Below, in pieces: positions 37,353 through 46,590 of a stretch of DNA of 64,000 bases. The notes beneath the pieces were generated by a model. It saw only the letters and a program-made list of their open reading frames with translations. It was not told where the DNA came from and ran no database searches. Source of the stretch: Candidatus Latescibacterota bacterium. Its GTDB lineage: Bacteria > Latescibacterota > UBA2968 > UBA8231. How positions within the stretch are numbered: position 1 is the first letter of the stretch; each line of letters starts with the position of its first letter. Location: positions 732,631-796,630 of the forward strand of contig CBDCNM010000001.1 in assembly GCA_965219385.1 (NCBI GenBank). Direction: 5' to 3'. Position numbers and translations under genes: made by a program.

Positions 37353-38459
37353 ATGACAGAGAATGTATTGCGCCTAGGGCTGGTAGGCCTGGGAGGGGTT
37401 TGCCAGCAGGTGCACTATCCCGGTTTTGTCCGGATACCAGGAGTGGAAATCGCCGGGATTTGCGACCCGGATCCAGACCTTCTGGCCCGGTGCCAGGAAG
37501 AGTGGAAAATCGAGAGGGGGTACCGCGATTATGCCCTCTTTTTACGCCAGGTAAGACCGGATGCCACGGTGATTGCCACCCCCAATGTGTACCACCGGGA
37601 ACTGATCCTGGCCGCCCTGGAGGCCGGCTGTCACGTATTGTGCGAGAAACCCCTGGGCATGAACCAAGTGGAAACCGCACAGGTCTATCAGGCGGCCAGG
37701 GCTTCGGGACAAAGGCACATGGTGGCCTTTACCTATCGCTTTGTTCCCGGCATGAACTACCTGCGCCACCTGGTACACAACGGCGATCTCGGCGAGATTC
37801 GCCATGCCCGCTTTCAGCGCTTGCAGGACTGGGGAGAAGGGCCGATTGGATGGCGTCAGTACAAAGACCAGGCCGGTTCCGGAGAGCTGGGAGATATGGG
37901 CATCCACCGTCTCGACTTTGCCGAAGACCTGCTAGGGCCGATCCAGGCCGTGTGCAGTGCGACCAGGCAGGTGGTGCCGCGGGATAGAACCCCCGATGGC
38001 CAGGCCTGTCCGCCGCAGGACGTGGAGGATTGGGTGGCCTGGATCGCCGAATTCGAGGAGGGGACCACCGGGGTATTCGAGATGGGCAAGCTGACCAGGG
38101 GGCATGGACCGGCCGGGGATCACGATATCGCAGAATTAAACGGCAGCAAGGCCTCGGCGGCCTATCGGCTGCACGCGCCGCACGAAATCCTCTACGCGCC
38201 TCGGGGCGAGCCTTACTCCGTCCGACCGGTACCCGAGGAATTCCTCAAGCGGCCTGGTTCGCCCCGGGATCCTCGGGAGGGAAATCCCGTCCAGACCTTT
38301 CGCTACGACCAGGCCTGGGAGTTTGTCTGTGCCATCCGCGCAGGGCGGGATTGCAATCCCTCCTTCTACCATGGAATGCGCGCCCAGACCATAGCCGATG
38401 TCATTCTGGAGGCGGCTGAGAGCCGGCGGTGGATGGATGTGCCGGTGGTTTCCCAGTGA
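37353..38459 (+). CDS. Gfo/Idh/MocA family oxidoreductase
   Basis: GLVGLG, IATPN..H, HVLCEKP, GELGDMGIH.LD. Confidence 0.9.
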   Translation: MTENVLRLGLVGLGGVCQQVHYPGFVRIPGVEIAGICDPDPDLLARCQEEWKIERGYRDYALFLRQVRPDATVIATPNVYHRELILAALEAGCHVLCEKPLGMNQVETAQVYQAARASGQRHMVAFTYRFVPGMNYLRHLVHNGDLGEIRHARFQRLQDWGEGPIGWRQYKDQAGSGELGDMGIHRLDFAEDLLGPIQAVCSATRQVVPRDRTPDGQACPPQDVEDWVAWIAEFEEGTTGVFEMGKLTRGHGPAGDHDIAELNGSKASAAYRLHAPHEILYAPRGEPYSVRPVPEEFLKRPGSPRDPREGNPVQTFRYDQAWEFVCAIRAGRDCNPSFYHGMRAQTIADVILEAAESRRWMDVPVVSQ

Positions 38460-38465
38460 TGGGAT

Positions 38466-40040
38466 TCAGCAAGAGGCCCTGGACCATTGCCGCCGGATGG
38501 TCCGCCAGTGCGCCATCCCCACAGAGGCCAGGAACAAGGCGCACAGCACCAGGAGAATGTCGCCATAGCGCGTGTACAGGGTGGGTTCGGTCCGGGGTTG
38601 TACACGGACTACAAATGCAGTGGTTTCAAATAGTTCGGTCGCTTTGATGATTCTTCCATCGGGTCCGATCAGACCGGAAATGCCGGTATTGGCGGCACGT
38701 AGAACCGGCCGGCCGGTTTCCACGGCGCGCAACACGGCCATGGAAAAGTGCTGGTAGGGCGCAGCCGAGCGCCCGAACCAGGCATCGTTGGTGATGTTGA
38801 TCAGAAAAGAAGCGCCGAGCCGGGTCAGGGTGCGGGTGATTTCCGGGAAGATGGACTCGTAGCAGACGAACACCCCGAAAGGTCGGTTTTGCTCTGGCAG
38901 ATTCAGTAGCTTATGAGCTGCGCCCGGGGTGAAGATCCCACTCTCTGCGGTAAGGCCTTCGAGGTACTGAAACAAAAAAGGCAGGGGCAGGTATTCCCCG
39001 AAAGGCACCAGGTGGACCTTGTCGGAAAAGTCCTGGATGAGCCCCTGACCATCCAGGAGAAAAGCGCGGTTGTAGACCTTTTTAGGCCAGACCTTCCCCT
39101 GGCCTTCCAGACTGCCCACGAGGAGCGGAACCCCCAGCTCGCGGGCCAGATCGGTGATTGGCCGGCTCTGGGGGGCAAAATAGGGATCCCGGAAGTAGAT
39201 GGGCAGAGCTGTCTCCGGGAATACGATCAGGTCCAGCCGGCGATTGGCGGCCAGGGAACGGGTGAGTTCGACATAGCGCTGGACCGTCCGGTTGCGCCAA
39301 TCGCCCTTCCACTTTTCGTCCTGGGGAAAGTTGCCCTGGACAATGCCGATCTCGAGGGGCTCACCGGATTCCTCCTCCAAGACCTCCAGGCGGTAGTAGC
39401 CAAAGGCCAGGGCGGCCCCTACCAGCAGAGCCGGTGGTAGGCCAGATTTCAATAACCCGGATTGGCGGATCAGGATCTGGGCCAGGACCGCGTTGACTAG
39501 GGCGATCAGGAAACTGAGACCGTACACGCCGGTTGCGGAAGCCAGCTGCACCAGGGGCCGGTTCAGGTACTGGGAATAGCCCAGCAACTCCCAGGGAAAT
39601 CCAGTGATAAACCAGGTCTGTACCCATTCCAGCAGAATCCACAAGCTGGCGGCGGTCCAGGCAAAGAGCGGCGTTGTAAAGCAAAGTCGGGAGCAAAGGT
39701 AAAAGAAGCAGGCAGAATACAGCGCCAGGTAGGAAACGAGAAGGGCATTGCTGCAAAGGCCCACGGGCAGGGAAAGCCCGCCGTAGAGTTGCAGGGTCTC
39801 GGTTATCCAGTAGACCCGGCCGCTCCCGGCGACCAGCCCGGCGACCAGCCCGCTGGCGGCAGCCATGTTGCGCGGGGCAATGGCGGAGACCACAAAGCAG
39901 GGCACCAGACAGATCCAGGCACACCACTGAATATCCGTGCGGGGAATGCTCCACCAGAAGAGGAGACCGGAAAAACAGCCAGAGACCAGAACCAGGAATG
40001 TGGACCAGATCCGGCTCTGTGGCCACTGGAAAGAGCCCAA
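38466..40040 (-). CDS. lnt: Apolipoprotein N-acyltransferase
   Basis: GFPW..LGYSQ, VQGN, PET, K.HLVPFGEY, CYES.F, NITNDAWFG, RAANTGIS. Confidence 0.95.
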   Translation of the reverse strand: MGSFQWPQSRIWSTFLVLVSGCFSGLLFWWSIPRTDIQWCAWICLVPCFVVSAIAPRNMAAASGLVAGLVAGSGRVYWITETLQLYGGLSLPVGLCSNALLVSYLALYSACFFYLCSRLCFTTPLFAWTAASLWILLEWVQTWFITGFPWELLGYSQYLNRPLVQLASATGVYGLSFLIALVNAVLAQILIRQSGLLKSGLPPALLVGAALAFGYYRLEVLEEESGEPLEIGIVQGNFPQDEKWKGDWRNRTVQRYVELTRSLAANRRLDLIVFPETALPIYFRDPYFAPQSRPITDLARELGVPLLVGSLEGQGKVWPKKVYNRAFLLDGQGLIQDFSDKVHLVPFGEYLPLPFLFQYLEGLTAESGIFTPGAAHKLLNLPEQNRPFGVFVCYESIFPEITRTLTRLGASFLINITNDAWFGRSAAPYQHFSMAVLRAVETGRPVLRAANTGISGLIGPDGRIIKATELFETTAFVVRVQPRTEPTLYTRYGDILLVLCALFLASVGMAHWRTIRRQWSRASC

Positions 40041-40041
40041 A

Positions 40042-40362
40042 TCAGGCCTCCATATAGGCCTGTAGGGGGGTGCGTAGTCTCTCGAGAGCCTGTTCTTCCA
40101 GTGCCAGCGCCTCTTCGCGTTTCAAATCGAGGAGGGATGCTACCTGGCCACGGGATTTCTTGTGCTGATAACGCAACTCGATAATCCTGAATTCATCAGG
40201 GGGGAGCTTCTGCAGGCTTGTCAGCAGGATTTGTCGCAGCTCTTGGGCCTCAATCCGGTCCTGGGTGGTTTCCGGGATGAAGAGGGCGATGAAGCGTTCG
40301 TCCAAAGAGACGCGGTGCAATGGACCAGTGGGCAACTCGTCGGAGATTTTATCGAAGGGCAT
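40042..40362 (-). CDS. Small sigma-70 region 4-like HTH protein
   Basis: L..LP..E..II.LRY....S...VA..L.L.......E..AL.RLR. ATG 40362 preferred because the longer start falls inside a terminator. Confidence 0.65.
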   Translation of the reverse strand: MPFDKISDELPTGPLHRVSLDERFIALFIPETTQDRIEAQELRQILLTSLQKLPPDEFRIIELRYQHKKSRGQVASLLDLKREEALALEEQALERLRTPLQAYMEA

Positions 40363-40396
40363 TGCTGGCTCCGGGGTACGGGTTCGGTTCAGGGAT

Positions 40397-40430
40397 AAAA
40401 AAATCAGGGAGCCCATGTTTCGGCTCCCTG
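40397..40430 (-). terminator. Rho-independent terminator (probably the native tRNA-Met terminator)
   Basis: CAGGGAGCC/GGCTCCCTG 9-bp stem then A and T7 on the minus strand. Confidence 0.75.
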
Positions 40431-40480
40431 GAAAACTTGGTAGCCCATTCTTGCTAGCGTTGACAGATTATTAGAGCGCC

Positions 40481-41206
40481 TCATTTAAAATAAGTCTTAA
40501 TCTGGCCCCAGCGGGTTTGTTCTACTGGAGTAGAAAGATCCCTTATAATTGTTCGATTGCCTATTTGGGCTTCTTTCAGGCGGCCAAAGTCCCCAATCTC
40601 AGTTTCCGTTGTAAAATTCGTGATGAAGACCGGTCCGACACCGACCTCAAACACTTCATCCCACTCCGCCACGAAGCCCAACGAAGAAAAGCGGAAAAAT
40701 TTCTGCGACGGCTCTACTTGTAAGCCGATATCGCCTTCCCAACGGGCATTAATGAACACCCGCCATATGATCAAATCAGATCTAGCCCCCCATTGCTCTC
40801 TTAGGGGCAAGTCCCAAAAAGTCCCTGGTGAAGCCTCAAAATCATAGGCCAGCCAAGCCGTCTTATTTCTGTCCAGAATCCGGGACCCTTGAAAATCAAG
40901 CGCCACCGAATCCGGCTCATCTATGTACCAAAAAACCCGCGCCCCTTCTTTTCTAACGAAGAGTGTATCGGGTAGAAATACATTCCAGTCCTGCCGGAGA
41001 ACAAAATAGGGCAACTCGTTCAACTGAATTTGGTCGATCACTTCAATTGAAACAATATCCGCAACCTGCAGCGTGTCTTGGTACCGGAGATCAAATTGTT
41101 GAAACACCCAGCGGTTGCCTACGTCCAAAGGGAAAAAGTCCCTTTCCTCGGCCTGGGAGGCGCCCATAAAGCCGACGAGCAGGGTTCCCAATACGATCCG
41201 ATCCAT
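40481..41206 (-). CDS. Secreted hypothetical protein with C-terminal TPVEQTRWGQIK tail
   Basis: Signal peptide; FFPL.VGNRW.F, GVGPV motifs; WGxIK tail. Confidence 0.7.
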   Translation of the reverse strand: MDRIVLGTLLVGFMGASQAEERDFFPLDVGNRWVFQQFDLRYQDTLQVADIVSIEVIDQIQLNELPYFVLRQDWNVFLPDTLFVRKEGARVFWYIDEPDSVALDFQGSRILDRNKTAWLAYDFEASPGTFWDLPLREQWGARSDLIIWRVFINARWEGDIGLQVEPSQKFFRFSSLGFVAEWDEVFEVGVGPVFITNFTTETEIGDFGRLKEAQIGNRTIIRDLSTPVEQTRWGQIKTYFK

Positions 41207-41258
41207 TTAAGAGCCATCCTCTGCGCTCCTCATCGCGTTTGAATTCATACGCTGCAGG

Positions 41259-43505
41259 TCAGTGCATCAAAGTCAGTTTTGCTTTATATACCCGGTCGCC
41301 TGCACGGAGGTGAATCAAATAGACCCCTGATGCGGTCCGTTTCCCCGACAGATCGTGTCCATCCCACACAACAGTGTAACCCCCTGCTTGTCGATATTCG
41401 TTGGAAATAAGCGTATTGACTCGCTGCCCCAACATATCATAGATCTCCAGGGTGACCGCCATCGGCTGAGAGAGATTAAACCGAATGGTCGTGGAGGGAT
41501 TAAAGGGGTTGGGCCCAGCGCTTAAGGCGGCCGTATCGGTGGATTGACGATTCTCTAGGCGTTGAGAAATTGGCCGATTCACTCGACGCTGGACATCCGA
41601 TAAGGTCAATTCTCGAAGTTGGACCGGTGCCTGGCCTTCGTACGCGCCCATTACTCTAAATTGAACACGGGCTAATAGCCCACTCCCTTTAACACGATAT
41701 CCCTTCTTTAACGCCGAGCCATATTTTAAGTGACCGGGTTCCTGTAGAGACACATCCAGCAGGGCCTCTCGGCCATGTCGCCGGAGAATAGAACCATTAT
41801 CTGAAAAACGCTGGAACACCAAGACATCAGGATCATATTCCAGGTGCAACCCATACCCAGTCAGTTCCTCCGCGTTTTGTAGGGTTATGTCGACGGATAA
41901 TAGGTTCTCTCCAACGGATTGGACCTTGGCCTGAGGCCGAGCGTTTATATTTTTTCCTTCTTGATGTGCAACAAATAGGACCTTGGGTACTGCCGTGCAA
42001 TTTTTCCCAAAATCACTTGTAAAAAGTTCCGTGTCGGCGTTGTCCACCTCTTCATTTCCCGATAGGTCGTATTGTTGTTCATAGGTGGGATCGGAAGGGG
42101 TTTCGCCAAAGTGGTCCACATAGCGAAAAAAGTCGTCAAAATTGATGACCTGATCGTTGCCATTATAATTGGAACGACAGGACGAGGGTATATTAGTAAA
42201 TTCCGAGGAACCATTGACCCTGAAATAATACTGGGTTCCGTTCGTGAGGGGAGAGATCACTTTTGAAGTGGCCGCATTATCCACCACCTCATACCTAATA
42301 TAAGACCCAGAAGAGGTGCCATATCGGATAAAATAGTATCCCGGAGCCGGACTCAGCGCTTGCCAGGTTACATTGATGGATGCCTTTTGAGCTTCGGCTG
42401 ATAGCACGGTAACAGAGGCGGTCGTGTTTGCACTAATCGTACCTGCTGTAGATCTGAGCGACTTGCCATTCATATCGATAAAGAGGTTCGGCTCCAGGGT
42501 TAGGGTTTTCCCAGAGGGGATGACTATATTTCGATTCAGGCTAATCTCTTCGCCACTCCCGATGAAGGCCGACCAATCCTGATTAAAATCCAAAACCCCG
42601 TCTCCCGTCCTTCCGGGTGATGTGGTCATATAGACTCCGCCTGCCTTGTCTCCCCATTCCAGCGTACGGCGCTTTGTTTCATTCTCACCGACGAGTAATA
42701 CATGGTGTTATCGCGGTAGGTATTATCGCAATGTCTAAGCCCCGCAGAATGGCCTAGTTCGTGGGTCATTACATCCCTGAAATCTTTAGGAGCTACGGTC
42801 CAAGAGCTTGGATACGTGACAGCCGTAGTCCATTTGAGGTCCGTGTTGAGCCAGTGGGGGGTAGTGGCGATTGTTGACAGAGGCGTAAAATTGGCCCCCT
42901 AGGTGATACCCCCTTATGGAGGCAACTTTCCCAGCGGCCCTTTCCCCTGATGGACGCACAGCGTCTAATTGGTGCTCGATGGGAACCATATCGACTTCCA
43001 ATTTCGATACCTCCTTCCTGTCGACTCGTTTGATGGCATTCTTGAAGTCGGCAAGAGCGGTACTGGTCCCCGCAACCATCTCCTGGATTATATCCAGTTT
43101 GCCGCGGAAAGACCCTGTAACTTCATATGTATCGCCTTTACTTAAGAGCAAAAGGAGAACCTGCTGCGCGGGTGCAAAAATGGGTCTGAAGTAGGCGAAC
43201 TGTTGAATTTCTCCTTCGTTTGGGCCCGGTAGGCCTTCAAGATGTTCCACAACAATGGTTTCACCTATGTCTGTGGCCCCAGGTTTGATCGTCTCTTGGA
43301 TGCGTATCGTCATTCGCCGTATGGCGTCACCTTTTTCACCAGCATAGACCGAGGTGCTGTCCACAGTGCCAATCACGATAAGATCAGATTTCTTGATCAT
43401 GGTCTCAATTGGTTCGGGTTCATAGGTCGCTGCAAAATAGGGATCTGTCCCCGCCAATAGGATCAGAGTCATTATGGATGAAGTTAGTTTTATGTGGCCA
43501 CTCAT
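41259..43505 (-). pseudogene. Disrupted secreted metzincin: pro-region + matrixin + FN3 + dockerin/EF-hand + cohesin + FlgD/T9SS-type C-terminal domain
   Basis: ORFs 42786-43505 and 41259-42629 are bridged by a third frame encoding HELGHSAGLRH (42763-42731) and NTMYY. Downstream: YGTSSG.Y, INFDDF..F..., Y.L.YDP..L.F, PNPFNPST...IYD.LG..V..WDG...SGVY. Confidence 0.8.
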
Positions 43506-43736
43506 TTGTCCTCCGTGCGCCAGTTAAACCGGCAAGGTGTAAGATGTGAACGTCATCTGTGTCGAAGCTTGGGCGAACCAGCATTAACTACAATATATGG
43601 CATCCCCTTAGGCTTCTCAAGGCGCGTGGAGTACACAGTAGTACAATGAGGCTTGTTGCGTAATAATACGCTTTTCCTTCATAAATACCTGCAAATTAAA
43701 TAGGTTATGAAAAAAGAATCGTCCCGCGAGAGAGGA

Positions 43737-43905
43737 TCAAATCACGGCCGTATCCTCTTTACAGCACGCGGCGGTACAGGCTGTGACCGCCCGGGTGAAC
43801 CCCTCTAGCCGGTCGATGGCGGGCAGGCGGGATTCGGGGTCGTCAAAGGAGAGCAGTTCCCCGTACACGGCGCCCCAGGTGCCCACTGTGGCGCTTTCGG
43901 GGACC
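43737..43905 (-). pseudogene. Gamma-glutamylcyclotransferase-like fragment
   Basis: VYGELL.F......IDRLEGF, continuing after a frameshift as HPGGHSLYRRVL. Confidence 0.5.
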
Positions 43906-43909
43906 AGTT

Positions 43910-43927
43910 GGGGGGGGGGGGGGGGGG
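43910..43927 (+). repeat. G18 homopolymer
   Basis: 18 consecutive G. Confidence 0.9.
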
Positions 43928-43974
43928 CCCTGGGCTTACCACCGGGTCTGGCAGACGCGTCTGTGTGGCCATGC

Positions 43975-44222
43975 CGCTGCATGTTGCCGCCGGTGAAGCC
44001 GCCGTCGTCGTAGCGCCCGGGCAGGTAGGTCCAGCCCTCGGGCCGCTGACTGGCGATGTAGGCCTCCGCCGATTCCCTCTGCGCGTCGAGGCTGTTGAAC
44101 TCCTGGTCGAGCCCCTCGTCGGTGGACTTGCGCGTGTAGATGGCGCAGCGGATGGTCCCGTTTCGGGGGGAAGAGGATTCCTGAGTTATCGAGGAGATGG
44201 GTGGAAATCTCCGTTCATTCAC
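43975..44222 (-). pseudogene. Truncated large serine recombinase (N-terminal catalytic fragment)
   Basis: RCAIYTRKSTDEGLDQEFNSLDAQRE...YDDGGFTGGNM, after which similarity is lost. Confidence 0.85.
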
Positions 44223-44365
44223 TCACCTCCTGGTGCGTGCGCCCGCTCGGAGGTGCGTCACTACCGGCGAGGCCAAAGAACAAGAACCCGTTCCATTTGC
44301 TGCCCGTGATTTCCTTGGCGATGGCGGACAGGGACGGATAGCGTCGGTCTTCAAACGATATTTTG
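44215..44365 (-). pseudogene. DUF2924-like protein, C-terminal fragment
   Basis: F..RRY.SLSAIA.EITG..WNG..FFGL directly upstream of the recombinase. Confidence 0.75.
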
Positions 44366-44480
44366 AAGGGGCGTGCGCAACTCCCAGGGTCGCACGCCCC
44401 TTCCAAGAGTTTCGCTTCGAAGCGGAGAATCGGGGGTCATGTGTGGGGCGGCGCAAGTGCTTGAAAAAGCGCCAGATACG

Positions 44481-44515
44481 ACAAGCCCCCGAGGAAGTGA
44501 TCCTCGGGGGCTTGT
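44481..44515. terminator. 15-bp hairpin downstream of the tRNA
   Basis: ACAAGCCCCCGAGGA/TCCTCGGGGGCTTGT. Confidence 0.65.
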
Positions 44516-44553
44516 GTTAACCAACAAGCCGCCAAAGTTGGCGGCCGGCAATT

Positions 44554-44630
<77 letters not shown>

Positions 44631-44720
44631 TTACTAAAGAATATAAAGAATTGAAACCTGGAGCGCAAGGGATGGATATCTGCACAGAAGTATAGTTGTG
44701 GTGCGCTCTTGTGAGCAGGC

Positions 44721-46055
44721 TCAATCTTCTTCCTTGTCCACCAGGCGGAGGCGTTTGATCTGGACCTGTGAGATCCGCTGGCCTTCAACCTTTAAAATGC
44801 TGATCTCGAGATTGCCGGTTTGAAAGCTCTGGTTCTCGCTTGGAACATGTCCCAGGTGGTGGTAAATAAAGCCTCCCAGGGTCTCGAAGCCTTCGCTGGG
44901 CAAGTCGGTCTCGAGCAATTCGTTGAGGTCATCGATATTGAGCCGGGCATCGGCGACGAGGATATCTTCCGCTTCTTTCCAGTAGAAAAGTTCCTCCTCA
45001 TCGTCGTACTCGTCCTGGATCTCACCGACGATTTCCTCGACCAGATCTTCGGTGGTCACCAGCCCCGCAGTGCCGCCGTACTCGTCGATGACAATGGCCA
45101 GGCGAGTGCGGGCAGCGCGCAGGTCGTGCAGGAGCTCGTCAATTTTTTTGGTTTCGAGTACGCAATAAGGTTCGTGTACAAAGGAGGGCGTGGTTCCCCC
45201 GGTTTCTTGCTGTTGGACAAAGGCGGAAAGGGGTTTTGACCGGTCCAGATTCTCCTGGCTGACCAGAATCTGAAGCAGGTCTTTGGTGTAGATAATGCCG
45301 TGGATGCTGTCCAGGGTATCTTCGTAGAGCGGCACTCTGGAGTGTCCTTTTTCCCTGATACTCTGCAGGAGTTCCCCGAGCGTCGCCGATTGTTCGACCG
45401 CCACTATATCGACCCGTGGTATCATCACCTCGCGCACAATGCTATCGTGAAATCCGAAGACCCCCTGGATCATCTCCTTTTCGCCTTCTTCCAGAATGCC
45501 GGTTTCGCTCTCGGATTCGACGATGCTGCGCAGTTCTTCCTCTTTGTCCGCCCGGAAATCCTCGTCCGTATAATTGCCCGAGGAAAATCGCTCCATGAGG
45601 TTGGTCAATGGCAGGAGCAGGAGGTGCAGGGGCACAAACGCCAGAGCAAGCGCCGGTATGTGGGCCTCCTCACCATTTTCCTCGAAGCGAAGGCGCCGTG
45701 GGGTGGAGACCAGAAGAAAGATGCACATAGACCCAAGAGCGGCTATGAAAATGCTGTAGCCGGGAAAGTAAAAGAAAAAGAAAAAAAACAGGGCGAGGGT
45801 AAGGGTAATAACACCCAAAGCTTCGCCGGCGCGCGCCATCAGGCGCAGGCGGTGGCGAGATTCGTATATGCGGACCATGAGGTGAGCCCTTTCCGTGCCG
45901 TTTCCCTGCATCTTCTCCAGATTAGACCGAGAAAGAACCGCGAAGGTAGCTTCGTAGGAAGCCACCAGGAAGAGCTCTAAGACGGACAAAATAAATATAC
46001 CTAGCGCGATAACTTGCGGAGGTTCCAAGTAGGGTGACACTCCTTTGGGAAACAC
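44721..46055 (-). CDS. Hemolysin/CorC family CBS-domain protein (CNNM-CBS-CorC_HlyC)
   Basis: VREVMIPR, GHSRVP.Y, AIVIDEYGGTAGLVT.ED..EEIVGEI.DEYD. Confidence 0.92.
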   Translation of the reverse strand: MFPKGVSPYLEPPQVIALGIFILSVLELFLVASYEATFAVLSRSNLEKMQGNGTERAHLMVRIYESRHRLRLMARAGEALGVITLTLALFFFFFFYFPGYSIFIAALGSMCIFLLVSTPRRLRFEENGEEAHIPALALAFVPLHLLLLPLTNLMERFSSGNYTDEDFRADKEEELRSIVESESETGILEEGEKEMIQGVFGFHDSIVREVMIPRVDIVAVEQSATLGELLQSIREKGHSRVPLYEDTLDSIHGIIYTKDLLQILVSQENLDRSKPLSAFVQQQETGGTTPSFVHEPYCVLETKKIDELLHDLRAARTRLAIVIDEYGGTAGLVTTEDLVEEIVGEIQDEYDDEEELFYWKEAEDILVADARLNIDDLNELLETDLPSEGFETLGGFIYHHLGHVPSENQSFQTGNLEISILKVEGQRISQVQIKRLRLVDKEED

Positions 46056-46080
46056 TGCCGACCAAGGCAGTCGAAACCTA

Positions 46081-46590
46081 CTAGAGCCGCGAGGTCGGGA
46101 GGAGATCTACTTCTCGTAGAAAACCATCGGTTGCGCGTTCCATAAAGCACAGGCTTTCAGGGGTATCGTGATCGTACCCGGCCAGATGCAACAAACCGTG
46201 CACCAGCAGGCGGGCCAGCTCTTCAATAAGAGGGACGTTCTGTTCTGCGGCCTGTAGCCTGGCTTGCTCTAGAGAAATATATATTTCTCCACCGACCTCA
46301 GCCAGATCAGGCAAATCCGCGGGCGGAATTCCAAGGTCAAACGACAACACATCCGTGGTGCGATCTTTGCCTTTATAGCTGGCATTCAAGTTCCGCATGG
46401 ATTCATCCTCGGTGAGAACCAGCTGCACAGGACCGCTCACAGGATGGCTCCTTGTAACCTTGTGGGCCAGCTCAACCAAAAGGTGGGACTGGGTCTGTGG
46501 GAGGGCAGGTAAACCCGAACTATACTGGATTTGCAAGATTTTTACGCGCTTTCCTCTCTTTTTTCTGCCAGGGATACTGAACGCGGCCAT
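46081..46590 (-). CDS. ybeY: rRNA maturation RNase YbeY
   Basis: TDVLSF, GEIYIS, HGLLHLAGYDH. True start probably somewhat downstream of 46590. Confidence 0.92.
   Translation of the reverse strand: MAAFSIPGRKKRGKRVKILQIQYSSGLPALPQTQSHLLVELAHKVTRSHPVSGPVQLVLTEDESMRNLNASYKGKDRTTDVLSFDLGIPPADLPDLAEVGGEIYISLEQARLQAAEQNVPLIEELARLLVHGLLHLAGYDHDTPESLCFMERATDGFLREVDLLPTSRL

Larger units (their letters stand above)
40445..44552. mobile_element. Decayed integrative island at the tRNA-fMet 3' end
   Basis: TTGGTAGC (tRNA 3' end) at 44553-44560 recurs at 40437-40444; DUF2924-like and serine recombinase fragments; cargo looks lower in GC. Confidence 0.65.
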
